NCBI GenBank assembly: GCA_951406725.2 | Contig: OX597823.1 | Location: forward strand, 70,804,001 to 70,868,000 | Source of the DNA: Octopus vulgaris | Lineage: Eukaryota | Reading direction: 5' to 3' | Length of the DNA stretch: 64,000 bases | In this document: positions 39,822-52,595 of the stretch, one piece after another | Position numbering within the stretch: the first letter of the stretch is position 1 | How the letters are laid out: the number at the start of each line of letters is the position of its first letter | Translations under genes and position numbers: made by a program | The notes under the pieces: generated by a model | The model's database searches: none | What the model was told of the DNA's origin: nothing | What the model saw: only the letters and a program-made list of their open reading frames with translations

Positions 39822-40197
39822 CCTGGCTCTCCGTCGGTTACGATGATGAGTTTTCCAGTTGATCTGATCAACGGAACAGCCTGCTCATGAAATTAACATG
39901 GTTGAGCACTCCACAGATACGTGTGCCCTTAACATAATTCTGGGGGAGATTCAGCGTGACGCAGAGTGTGACAAGGCCGGCCCTCTGAAAAACAGGTACA
40001 ACAGAAACAGGAAGAAAGAGTGAGAAAAAGTTGTGGTGAAAGAGTACAGCAGCGTTCGCCACTACCCCTTGCCGGAGCCTCGTGGAGCTTTATGTGTTTT
40101 CGCTCAATAAACACTCACAACACCCGGTCTGGGAATCGAAACCGTGATCCTACGACCGCGAGTCCGCTACCCTAACCAGTGGGCCATTACGCTTCCA
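39822..40197 (-). mobile_element. tRNA-derived SINE (family C-like head, long tail)
   Basis: Minus-strand head gtggaagcgtaatggcccactggttagg...ggtttcgattccc with A- and B-box-like motifs. Confidence 0.8.
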
Positions 40198-40220
40198 CGC
40201 ACACATACACACATGCATAT

Positions 40221-40264
<44 letters not shown>

Positions 40265-40554
40265 AATTGAAAATCAACACACACGCACACACATGTAGGA
40301 ATAAAAAGTTATTAATAAGGGATTATCAGTCCAGGCAAATTACTTCTCAAATAAAGCAGGCTAACAAAGGTTTTTCTGATTAATATAAAACTCCATCTAA
40401 TCCTAAAGCAACATCCGAAGTTGGAGTCTATCACCGGTCGACTTTCTATATCCATGGTTGCATTCCCCAGTTAATATGATATTTTTCATACTGTTATATA
40501 TAAGAAAAGGCACAAATAATCGGCTTTTTATATTTCTTTCATTTTGTTTATATT

Positions 40555-40739
40555 AGACTTACAACTGTTTCTGTCATGCATTGTTGGTGCATTTATAGTT
40601 ACGCTAATTCAATAAGTCGATTGATTGATTGAAAAAAAGTGCACGACCTTCAGAAACACTATCATCTGGTCGGTCTCCAAAGATGATAGTATTTGCTAAA
40701 GTCATATAATTTCTCAATCGATCAAACGACCGACTGAAT
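40555..40739 (-). repeat. ~60-bp-arm imperfect hairpin (40607-40739) next to an HHR 3' half (GAAACAGTTGTAAGTCT)
   Basis: gtcgattgattgattgaaa...actatcatct / agatgatagt...tttctcaatcgatcaaacgac. Confidence 0.55.
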
Positions 40740-40833
40740 CAAGGGGACCATGAATACACCTATAATTCATATAAGAAAGAATTGTAAGATGCACAAAGAA
40801 ATACGCAAAGCCCATTATTTATGCTTTTCCTTA

Positions 40834-40924
<91 letters not shown>

Positions 40925-41156
40925 ATGTTTGTATAAAATATATACTGTATATATATACATGCATACATATATACATATATTATACTGTATTTCACAAGGT
41001 ACAGAAAACTTATATATACACCATTCTGCTTAAATAATGGAACTGCAGATACAATATCCTTACGTATATCACGTCTGTTTTGTTTTCATTTCTCCACTTC
41101 ATTCTGTATTTCATATCTTCTCTCTAATAGCTATTACTTAAACATTTTCTCGCACC

Positions 41157-41203
41157 GTCTCTGATGAAGCATATATAAAATATCCCGGAAACAGCTGTAA
41201 GAC
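41157..41203 (+). ncRNA. Type I hammerhead ribozyme motif, intact core
   Basis: GTCT-CTGATGA-agcatat-ataaa-atatcccg-GAAA-CAGCTG-TA-AGAC; palindromic stem III ACAGCTGT; stem II partly decayed. Confidence 0.7.
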
Positions 41204-41436
41204 CTTTTCTTTATAAATGTTCTGAAAACTATTCACTGCCTTGGATTTTTTTATCTCATTCTGTTAATTTTTATATATATATACACGACCTACGTTGGAC
41301 TCCTCATTCGTATCATTATCTAACCTAGAGCTTAACTATAGTCTGTCCATGGCACTTACTCAGCATTACTTGACACCTTTGGGTCTTCTTGACACCAGTA
41401 CTTCTCATAACCTTGATATACATGCATACAAACATA

Positions 41437-41524
<88 letters not shown>

Positions 41525-41564
41525 CTTCCCGAATTTTGTGAATGTGTATAGAAGAATATAAGAC

Positions 41565-42617
41565 TTGAATAAAGTTAAAACATGGTTTGGTTTTCACGTT
41601 TTCTATTATGGTATTTTAACATTAAAAAATATTTTGTTCAGAAAAAATTCAATTAGCGCTTTCACACGTTCGTAATGATCATCAGATTTCAAAATGTATT
41701 TAACGGAACACAATACCATTTCTAGTAACATATAATCTGCATTACCAAAACATTTTTAAGATCATCAAAACAAAGTGAAAACTGATAAAACATTAACTAA
41801 TGAAACGCTTATCCTAAGCAAAAGGCAACCACATAACCTAAAGAAACTATTAACAACGGGAAAATTCAACATGAACAAACAGGATAAAACATTCACAGTC
41901 TCCAAGTGTAATGATACCAGATGTGGAACGTGTCATTACATGCATACGGGTAGATCCATTAGGACGAAAAAATGGACAAATTTTCACAAATGCAGATATG
42001 AACTGCAAAAGCAGAAATTTGATCTAGTGCATTAAATACCCGAATTCCGAGGAACTATATACAGGCGAGACAGGCAATGCATTATCGGAATGCTCAGGAG
42101 TTCACAGACAACACATCTGGAACACCAATCTTCGCCAAATTCCATTGAGCGAGCATATAGAAACATGTGGTTAGAAAATTTTTCCAGTTTTTCTTTTCCG
42201 TAAACTACATGACGCAAGTGGGGTTGGAAGAACGATAAAAAAAAAAAACGGTTTATTAAAACGTTCAAACCTGTTCTGAACAATAATATAACAACCAGTT
42301 AATGATGTGGATTAAAAAATATCTTTAGCATTATGAATAAAAAAACAAATTACAGAATATCGGTACACCCGGATGTTAAGGTGCATGCGGATTGGTCAAA
42401 ACTGTATTCCCAAAATTCAGCTTGTTGGAGCGTTGTAAGAGGTATTACAGTTGTCAAGAACTCAACTGTCAGTTAAATACATTTTGAAATCTGATTATTA
42501 CTACGAGAGTATGAAAGGTCTAATTGAACTTTATGAACATTACGAAATATTTTATTAATGTTAAAATACCATTATAAACAAACGTGAAAAACAGACCATG
42601 TTTTAACTATATTCAAC
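41565..42617 (+). mobile_element. Penelope-like (Neptune-type) element: GIY-YIG relic flanked by inverted ~140-bp pLTRs, each with an HHR motif
   Basis: SKRQPHNLKKLLT...KCNDTRCGTCHYM...NADMNCKSRNLI. Arms ~41565-41705 / 42470-42617. HHR motifs at 41651-41688 (-) and 42488-42525 (+). Confidence 0.8.
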
Positions 42618-42654
42618 TGATACATATATGTATGTGTGTGTGTATGTGTATATG

Positions 42655-43484
42655 ACGCACGTATCCATTTCTAAGTAAGTTTGTTCTTAATATTAATAAT
42701 GATGCGCACTCTTAACCTTTCTGTCCCCCTCCCTTTCTCAGCCTTCATTGTTTCTGGTTTCCTTTTCTTCTACCTTACTGTCTCTCCCTCCCTCTCTCTC
42801 ACTCTTCATTCTTTCTGGTTTCCACTACAACCATTCCTTTTTTTCTCTCCCTTTCTCTTACTCCTCCTCCTCTGTCCCGCCGCTGGTCAGCGACGAGAAA
42901 ACTATTGTCTTTCCGACCTCGCTTCCTTCGAGTGTAGACGGCTTTTCTGTGCCTCCTTCGCCGTTCTCAAAAAAAAAAGCGTTCGTAGTATTTTCTCTCG
43001 TTAGGCTTAACAGCCCTCCTTGTCTGTGTTACTGTTATCCTCCTTGTTCTGTCTTTTACTGTTTATATTTTGTACTGTCTTTACTGTCCTGTTTTTGTTA
43101 CCATTTTTACCCCTCCGCAAAAAATCTCAAATTTTATTTAATTTGCTTTTTGCGGGAAGGAATATTTCACCGAAGTCGTGTCTCGCCTTTACCTGCGAAC
43201 GCGGAGTAGATGAAACAGAGGCGACTGAAGAAGGGGAATTTTCCTTGTGTTCTATGTCCTGTACTCTATTTTTTCGTTGTTTAAGAAATATGTTCATTTC
43301 CTTGGTTTTGTGTTTGTTTTCGTTTCTTATTGTGTTCGACGTTTTTTTTGGTGTCCTGTACCCATATATGCATGTATATATACATGTAGATGTAGGTACG
43401 TACATATATGTGTGTATATATGCATATGTTTTATTTATTAATTTGTTTTTATACGACAGAACGCACGCATCCATTTCTAAGTAA

Positions 43485-43486
<2 letters not shown>
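42655..43486 (+). mobile_element. Penelope-like 3' UTR element bounded by a 26-bp direct repeat
   Basis: acgcacg(t/c)atccatttctaagtaagt at 42655-42680 and 43461-43486; pyrimidine-rich body; ends in (TA)n. Confidence 0.6.
43157..43246 (+). ncRNA. Candidate type II-topology hammerhead motif
   Basis: AAGGAATATTTCACC-GAAG-TCGTG-TC-TCGCCT-[hairpin]-AGGCGA-CTGAAGA-A-GGGGAATTTTCCTT. Confidence 0.5.
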
Positions 43487-43543
<57 letters not shown>

Positions 43544-43571
43544 TATACATACATACAGGTATGTATATATA

Positions 43572-43719
43572 TATATTAAGGGAGCAAGGGCAAAAACGAC
43601 CTATCTCCACCATGTTTGAGTTGCCGATACCTTCAAAAACTATTTGGTAGATTTTTGGAGGTATCAGCACTTCAAGTATGCCGGAGATAGGTGGTTTTCG
43701 CCCTTGCTCCTTTAATATA
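43572..43719. repeat. Near-symmetric hairpin element (~68-bp arms) in (TA)n, MITE-like
   Basis: tatattaagggagcaagggcaaaaacgacctatctcc / ggagataggtggttttcgcccttgctcctttaatata. Confidence 0.85.
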
Positions 43720-43783
43720 ATTATATACATATGTACATTATTATTAATTTAATGTATTAATTGCCTCTTTATGTTCTATTATG

Positions 43784-43832
<49 letters not shown>

Positions 43833-43851
43833 CATACACACACACACACAC

Positions 43852-43919
<68 letters not shown>

Positions 43920-43959
43920 TATATTGATAGATAGATAGATACACGCACATGTATCGACT

Positions 43960-44240
43960 GCAGTACGCTATGTTAGGGCGACGGAAACACAATGACACCG
44001 GTTGGCAAGTGATGGTGGTCATGATCGTTGTACAAATACAGACAGAAAGACAAACACACACACATATATATATGGATACGACAGGCTTCTTTCAGTTTCT
44101 GCCTATCAGTTACCGTCCACCAAGTCCACTCACAAGGCTTCGGCAGGCTCGATGCTATAGTGGAAGACACGTGCCGAAGGTACCACCCAGTGGGAGTGGA
44201 CCCCAGGCCGTGCGGTTAGGAAGCACGCCTCTCACCACAT
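43960..44240 (-). mobile_element. SINE family A, decayed
   Basis: acaggcttctttcagttt...ccactcacaaggctt. Confidence 0.7.
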
Positions 44241-44320
44241 AGTCTTACTTGTATATCCAGTAAAAGGAAAATGCTCCCTGCATGATAACATATGATAACC
44301 GGTATCCATAGAAGTGCTTT

Positions 44321-44553
44321 AAGGCGGCGAGCTAGCAGAAGCGTTAGCACACCGGGCGAAATGCTTTGCGGTACTTCGTCTGCCGTTACGTTGTGAGTTC
44401 AAATTCCGCCGAGGTCGACTTTGCCTTTCATCCTTTCGGGGTCGATAAATTAAGTACCAGTTACGCACTGGGGTCGATGTAATCGACATAATACCTATGT
44501 TTGTCCTTGTTTGTCCCCTCTATGTTTAGCACCTTGTGGGTAATAAAGAAATA
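44321..44553 (+). mobile_element. SINE family B with a perfect 20-bp TSD
   Basis: ggtatccatagaagtgcttt at 44301-44320 and 44554-44573. Confidence 0.92.
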
Positions 44554-44621
44554 GGTATCCATAGAAGTGCTTTGGAAAGCACGTTATAAGCTTATTACCG
44601 TATATATGTATGTAGGTATGT

Positions 44622-44890
44622 ATAATTGAAAAATTTGGAGCCAATAAGAAGGAGTACGTTTGGACATTTATTTTTTAATCACTACAATTGTCCCCCCGAA
44701 ACGAGGTTCTTCAAGCGTACAGGTGCTTTATTATGCATAATCAAGTACTTGATCTCCTGGGGAATTATACTGCGTGGAATCAATTCTTGTGATTGAAAAA
44801 TAAACGTCCGACCGTACACCTTCTTGTTGACTCCAAACTTTTTTCAGTTATTTGTTTACACACGACAGAAGCCCAAATACAAACCTGGAA
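44622..44890 (-). mobile_element. Fold-back element (arms 44622-44682 / 44789-44851) with a decayed HHR in the loop
   Basis: Minus strand 44680-44717 cgc-TTGAAGA-a-CCTCG-ttt-CGGGG-GGA-CAATTG-TA-gtg. Confidence 0.7.
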
Positions 44891-45123
44891 ATACGTATAA
44901 TACTTCTACTGGATAGCACAAGGCGAAATCTGAAGGAGGACGAGCTTCATATTGTACTCAGTTCTTAACTGAATATACCATAACAATATATATATATATA
45001 TATATATGAGCATACATACGACTATATGGTTAGAAAGCAAGATTCTTACCACACAGCCACATCTCCACCTATATATGTATATACATATATATATGTGTGT
45101 GCGCGTGTGTATAAATGTATATG

Positions 45124-45175
<52 letters not shown>

Positions 45176-45396
45176 GATATTTTCAAACACATAAACACAC
45201 ATACATACATATGTATATACGTACATATAAGGAGAACGAGAGAAAAGGAGAAAGAAGTAAATGCGTAGACCAATATTGATTTAGTATTGATATAAGCACT
45301 CGTTGAGCACTTGCAGTAAAACCAATTTCGATAAGACTAATTATCCGGTATTCTTTGCCGTAGGTATGTATGTATGTATGTATGTATGTATGTATG

Positions 45397-45428
<32 letters not shown>

Positions 45429-45503
45429 GATATATATATATATATATATAGAGGGAGAGAGAGAGAGAGAGAGAGAAAGAGAGATACACACATATATATA
45501 TGT

Positions 45504-45556
<53 letters not shown>

Positions 45557-45619
45557 TGTATATATTTGTATGTATATATGTATATTAGCAACTTTTTTTT
45601 TATATTTTGTCCTTATACA

Positions 45620-46405
45620 GTTACACACACACACACACACATACTCACGTATCCACGAACACACCTACTTCCAACACACCACACACATACAACCTACATG
45701 TACATGTACGCACACATACTTCCACACCTATACACACACCCCCAGGCGCACACACACACATGCCTGTGCACACACACCAGTAAACAATACTCATACAGAT
45801 ACGCACACTCTTATAAACACCTAGCAGACACACACACACATACACGCACGTAAGCGCACACACGCACACAAGCACGCGCATGTACATTACGCCCACACAA
45901 CTCCAGAAAAAACCCCATACACACGCATACATTCACACACACACACATATACATATATACGTACACACACATACATACATTCATACATACATACATACAC
46001 ACACATACACACACACACATACACACATATATACATACATACACACATACTTACATACACACATACACACACATACATACACACATACACACATACATAC
46101 ATACACACACACACAATACGCATACACACACGAACACACACATACACACACGAACACACACATACACACACACACTACAAACAAAACACACACACGATAC
46201 ATATACATACACGCACACACACATACCTCTTTGTTTTTGACCTGTGCTGGACACAAAAATCACCACGCCATACACACATACACACACACACGCACTCCCC
46301 AACACACACACACGTGTCATCATTGCACACATACACACACACGTGTCATCATTGCACACATACACACACACGCGCACCCGCAGACCTCCGCGCACGCACA
46401 CATAC
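45620..46405. repeat. Degenerate (CA)/(CATA)-rich low-complexity tract
   Basis: Direct inspection. Confidence 0.9.
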
Positions 46406-46519
46406 AATAAGTACTGGGCTTACAAAGAATATCACAAGACATGTAGGCTAAAATACCTTTCCGGTTATGCGGCCCATTGTCGTCGCTTTTAGCGGTCAGG
46501 AATTCTGTTGGATTGAGCG

Positions 46520-47640
46520 AATACTTTTGAATGGTCTTTCTCTCCCTAAACAATGGCTACACGCCTAACTTCTCTTGAAGTATGGTGGGTACTTTTCCAA
46601 TAATGTCCTGTTGATATTATTTTCCTCAACACGAGTAAGTGCCAACAACTGAAAAATGGAAATACACTCGCTGAATTTTTCATACAAGAACATTCGGATT
46701 CCACCAAAAAAGCAATATCTAAAATATTCCATCGAATAAGCAATATCAAAAAAAAATTCGCTAACCAGCAAAATGTTAGGAAGTTCAACAAATAGGCGTA
46801 GGAATGGCTGTGTGGTAAGTATCTTGCTTACGAACCACACGGTTCCAGGTTCAGTCCCACTGCGTGGCACCTTGGGCAAGTATCTTCTACTCGGGCCGAC
46901 CAAAGCCTTGTGAGTGGATTTGGTAGACGGACACTGAAAGAAGCCTGTCGTATATGCCGGGCGAAATGCGTAGCCGTATTTCGTCTGCCGTTACGTTCTG
47001 AGTTCAAATTCCGCCGAGGTTGACTTTGCCTTTCATCCTTTCGGGGTCGATTAAATAAGTACCAGTTACGCACTGGGGTCGATGTAATCGACTTAATCTG
47101 TTTGTCTGTCCTTGTTTGTCCCCTCTGTGTTTAGCCCCTTGTGGGTAGTAAAGAAATATATATGTATATATATATATATCTATGTGTGTGTATATGTCTG
47201 TGAGTCTGTGTTTGCCCCCTCAACATCGCTTGACAACCGATGCTGGTGTGTTTACGTCCCCGTAACTTAGAGGTTTGGCAAAAAAGACTGATAGAATACG
47301 TACTGGGCTTACAAAGAATAAGTCCCGGGGTCGATTTGGTCGACTATATGTGGTGCTCCAGCATGGCCACAGTCAAACGGCTGAAAGAAATAAAAGAGTA
47401 AAAGAGTAAGTCTAATAAATGTGACCCCGGACCTAAAGGAAATTCCAAAGCCATCGGTTTCTACTCTTTAAATGGTAATTGCATGTTTAAAGGAGTTGCA
47501 TATACAGCGAAGGCACAGCTTGATAATACCATTAACACTGGAATTACAGAAAACAGCCGAGGCAAGAATTCTTTCAAATACTCTGAGAGCAGGTCGTCAA
47601 CAAGTTTATCAAATCATGTTTGGTCACTAAAAAAAAAAGT
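46520..47640 (+). pseudogene. Penelope-like linker and GIY-YIG relic interrupted by nested SINEs
   Basis: 47465-47635 reads LNGNCMFKGVAYTAK...NTGITEN...NSFKY....STSLSNHVWSLK, resembling PLE CPLNG.C....VY.A...Y.G.TE...STELS.H.W.LK. Confidence 0.7.
46795..47410 (+). mobile_element. SINE family A with a family B copy (46955-47158) nested in its internal microsatellite
   Basis: A head 46795-46953, B body, A tail 47160-47410. Confidence 0.88.
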
Positions 47641-48314
47641 TTCTTTCTCGGTATTTATTGGATCCTCTTCTCTTCAAACTTAACGTGTTTCTCTCTCTTT
47701 TATTTTCTTCCACGGTCACAAATCTTCATTCTCTTTTAGTTAGCTTATTCCGAATTTGTTTAGTTATTTATTTATTTATTTTGCATCGGTACCCATTTGC
47801 GTTTATGCTAATTTTAGATAATATTTTTGGCTGCCCCCGAATTTAGATCACGAAGTTTTTCTCTTGCCAATGTTTATAGCAGTTTCTACAGGTACACATG
47901 ACTTACACTATTCAGTTTTTATTTTTTATTCGATTCGCCTCACTGTTTATATATTCTATCAATTACAATAAAATGCTTTCGTCCAACAGATATCTTTTAT
48001 TTTGAAAAGTGGTTGCCCGATCAATAAAAATGTTTATTCGAAGAGTTGGTAATCATGAATATTTATCAATGCATATAAAACATTGTATTACTTTAAATAC
48101 TCAAATGTATGATTATACTTTTGCATCAGCACACACATATATGTACTTATAATCTTCCTTTTAGAGTTAGGTAGTCATTATATAGGGTTTCTGGTCGGAC
48201 TGCTAAGTTACGCGGAAGTAAACTAACATGTACTCATTATCAAGTGATGGAGGGACAAACGTAAACACAGAGATACAAACGTATACATATATACATATAG
48301 ATTCACATACATAC

Positions 48315-48376
<62 letters not shown>

Positions 48377-48846
48377 CACACACAAACACACATATATTAT
48401 ACGCTGGGCGTAATACTCAATATAGTTAAAAAATTTATAACCAACATATATGGATGCGTGTATGTGTTTGCATATGTATATATATATTCCTGTATGTTAT
48501 ATTTTAATAATTACTGGTATCTTTATATGTTAATATAATTTATATGTAAAGCATAATATGTTATGCATGTATGTATATTCCTGTAATTGTCATTTTAGTA
48601 AATAAATAAGTTGACATAATATAATGTCTCAAAGTTGATGAACCACCTATTGATCACCTCGATTTTCTTATTGCTCTATTAATTAATGGTAAAATATCTT
48701 TTTACCTTCACCCATTTAATACACTAGGTAAGTTAATTGCAATGCAATAAAAAACACTTGTGTATTAATAATTGGGCATTCTACCAGCAGTATATTGGAT
48801 AGATATTATCCCTTAGTTGATTGGATTCACAACCTCGAACTTTCTT

Positions 48847-48924
<78 letters not shown>

Positions 48925-50559
48925 TGTGTGTGTATGTACGCGTTTGTGAATTTGTGTTGCAAGATTCCTGATGGGAAACCGTGTTATATATTTACAAACA
49001 CGTATATCATATGTACTTTACAAACTGAAAAATCGAAACGTTACAACCGCATCTGATTGTTCGAATGCTTCACTTCTGTGTATGTGTATGTACATATATT
49101 TTGTCGATTGCTGACATTTATCAACTATTCCTCCCATTGTTTTGAACTGCCGTTTTCTCTCATTAATAAAACTGTTAGCGTTTTTGACTACACGGGTATT
49201 CTAGTAAAATACTTTAATTTCTTCAGGTCAAAAATTTCTTTAAAAATATGTATTAGCAACAGTAGTACTACTATTGTGAACAGTAGTAGATTGGCTGAAT
49301 CATTATTGTCGAAAAAAGTACCAGTTAAGTTCTATGCTTGATATATTCGACTAACCCTTAACCTCTATTATTTGGTCATTGCTTTTGTAAGAAACAATTA
49401 TTAAGACAGTTATAAGGAAATAAAGTCTATGGAGTGCATCAAATTGTAATTCGGTCATACTTGATGAATATACTGGAAATATATACACAATATGCTGAAC
49501 ATTTACGAGTAAGAAAACTCTGATAGTAACCACCCCCAACCAATTCGTAAAGTGTATTGCACAATATACTTTACACATGAAATGAAAACCAATCATGATA
49601 AATAGGAAAAAATTTCATGTATGGATGCACCGTCTCCAAATTTCAAGCGAGGCGTTAAAGACGCTAAAATAAACAATAAGAAAAGTTTTGAAAATGATAT
49701 AAACAGCATATATAAAATATATGATTATATGAAACGTAAATATATATTTCAAAAATCGGAAAGTTAACACTGCTACACTTAACTGTGACAGAAGGCAGAG
49801 GAGTCTGATTTAGTGAAGGTGAGGGGGTGATTGAGATGTGGTAACTTGTAACTGTGAGTTAATGGAAGTATTATGCTTCACTAGTTCTTATTTCCGACAT
49901 ATAGAAGTATGGGGTGGCTGAGGAAGGACCGAGTCAATAACAGGAAAAGTGTGGGACGCCATCAATATCGTCAGCCCATTTAACAACTGCAACGGGTTGG
50001 AACAAATTGGCTTCAAGAATGACTTCAACTACAATTGTTTGCCTTGCTGGTCTACTTCCGGATAATGACCTAAATCTTTAAAATATTGAAAATATTGCTG
50101 AATATCAGTTTCCGTTGAGAAGCCAATATCTGAACACACGTTATGAAGAGAGTTTAGCATAACAGTTTGGGTTTCTGAGGCAAAAGTTATCTTCACTTGC
50201 TCTGCTATCACCAACAAGAACTACCATTGTTTGTTCTTCGGTTAGCACTTGGTATGCAGGGATACTCTCTGTTACTTCAAGCTAGATTCTGATGTGTAAC
50301 ATCTGTTTCTCTTACCTTCAGAAATCTCGTATGAAAAGCATTTGTCTCGAATCTTTCAAAATCTTATTTTATCTCAAAATTGTGCAGAAATTAACTAGAA
50401 TTTTTGTCTGTCAGAAGCTTTTCTTGATGTCACTAAACTGAAAATTGCTGACTTGAGGTTATAGTTCTTGACGGTATCGTCTGTTCCTTGTTATTGTGTA
50501 TCTTCTATCATCACAGTAATTTCAACTAACTATCTTTGTTGATGTAATTGTTAGCAGTT

Positions 50560-51850
50560 TATAATAATACCCACTGGCTGGATGGTGGGAGTAATATTGA
50601 GTGCTAAGTACATGCTCATTATTTTGCTAGAATTGCAGACAAAGTGATGAACACCTGGGTTGCAAATTGAATTGTCAAAATTGATATCACCTTCGTTTCA
50701 TCAGAAAGTTTGAAGATATGTTTATAGTATTCACGCTCTTCAGGAATGAAGTGCGAGAAAATTCAGTGATTGAAGATATGCATAGTGAGCCAGTATTTCT
50801 TTCCATGGTTTAAATGCACTGTTAGTTGAATTATGTTCGAAATTGGTAGATTTACGACCTTTCCCCCATCACTAACTTTAAAAGGTGCACACCGTCTGCA
50901 TTCGAGCAACACAGCATCGACAAACATTCTTTACTTAATTCACGAGTACGATGGTTTGATGCTTAACAGTCAGGGTATTCTGAGCTAGTGACTGCCAATG
51001 CAATTCAACTGCATCTCTTTTATGTTCTTGGGGAATTAGAACCCTTTCACAATTATTTAACTTCTTCCTCAGTGGTTCAATTTCCTCGATTGAAACTCTG
51101 CCCGCTTCAACTTGGGTAAACCATATTACTCATTTTACAGTAATTTCTAAAACGACGTCGCCACATGTCACTTCTTCTTACATTTTTGCTGTCTTTAAAT
51201 ATGTATAACTTGGCAGTAGAATTTTGCATTTCTATTGTACATACATTGTTAGCCCGTACCTTGATGGATAACCACCTCATCACTATCTCTTCAAGATTTG
51301 TATCTTTTGCAATTCTCATATATTTCCTTGCAACAATACATGGTTTAGTATCCACATCAACGGTAAATTTTAATGAAAACGCAGTCAGTTTGTCCTTAAT
51401 CTTGCGTTTGTCCAAAAGCACTCAATTGCTTCTCTGTCGCTCCACCTAGTAATTTTCTGCTACTTCGATACTCTGTTCTGCTATATTTTATCGCATTTTG
51501 GAACTAACATTTGTATATTAACATGTCAAGGTAGGTTTAGAGTCAAAACATGCTGATCGCTATACAGTATATTATAAGAGAATAACGTTTCCCTTTTACT
51601 ACGATGAAGCGCTCAATACACTCGGCTCACTGGTGCACTGCATTCTGAGACACATGTATTTCGAAATCTGTCCCGTCAGCCAGAAGTAGCTGGAAATCTG
51701 AGACTAAACAAGGTCGTTGGCGTTGTTTATATTTCCAGTGAACAAACTGTTTGTTGATCATTGCGTATATCTGGCAACCGATAAGAAAATCGTTATTTGG
51801 ACCGTCTGCAGCGTGATCTGGAACGAATATTTGCATATCTATTTTAAACA
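50560..51850 (-). pseudogene. Gypsy-like LTR retrotransposon pol relic (integrase Zn-binding and core)
   Basis: Minus strand RVLIPQEHKRDAVELH...VKNVCRCCVA (H2C2-like) and HVLSTQYYSHHPASG (resembles H..S.PYHP.SNG). Confidence 0.5.
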
Positions 51851-52202
51851 CGTCTAGGCAGGTTTATGAATTATGTTTCAAATGACAAAACTGTAAATAA
51901 AATTCATCAAAAATCAAACATCTGTATTAGAAGGGGTGTGTCTCCCAAATCTTACCATTCTGTATAAATACACCCACACGCACACACACACAAACACACA
52001 CGCGCACACACACACAGACACACACACACATACACACAAACACACTCACACACATAGACATACGTACATCGAAGCAAATTATATCAAGATATAAAGTATA
52101 TTGAATACATGAAATACAAATTATGTATACGTATAAAAAGGTCCAACCTCTACAGAGTACAAATGATATAGAAAATTAAAAGGGTGAAAGAAAGGTATTA
52201 CA

Positions 52203-52272
52203 CATCCAACAGCTGTTTCTGGGGGCTCGACGATCCATAATAATGTTTGTAGATTAACTTTATCAGAGAATG
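52203..52272 (-). ncRNA. Degenerate hammerhead-like motif
   Basis: Minus strand cattct-CTGATAA-...-GAAA-CAGCTG-TT-ggatg. Confidence 0.4.
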
Positions 52273-52274
52273 CG

Positions 52275-52595
52275 GCTGTGTGAAGGATTTTAGTCCAACA
52301 AGTTGACCCTGAGACTTTATTAAACCTAGGACTTATTCTATCGGTCTTTTACCGGACGGCTATGTTGCGGGGACATAAACACAGCAACACCAGTTGTCAA
52401 GCGATGCGGTGGACGTGGGGGGGGTGTGTCAAACACAGACACAAAGATACACGCATAGATACACACAAAGACTCACACACATATATACGACACGCTTGTT
52501 TTAGTTTCCGTGTACCAAATCCACTCACAAGGCTTTGACTATAGTAGAAGACATTTGCCCAAGGTGCTACGCAGTGAGATTGAACACCTGCGCCT
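52275..52595 (-). mobile_element. SINE family A, decayed
   Basis: ttattctatcggtc...actatagtagaagacatttgcccaagg. Confidence 0.75.

Noticed and set aside
40120-40197. tRNA-like sequence
   Set aside because: It is the head of a SINE continuing into a repeat body, and no complete cloverleaf is evident.
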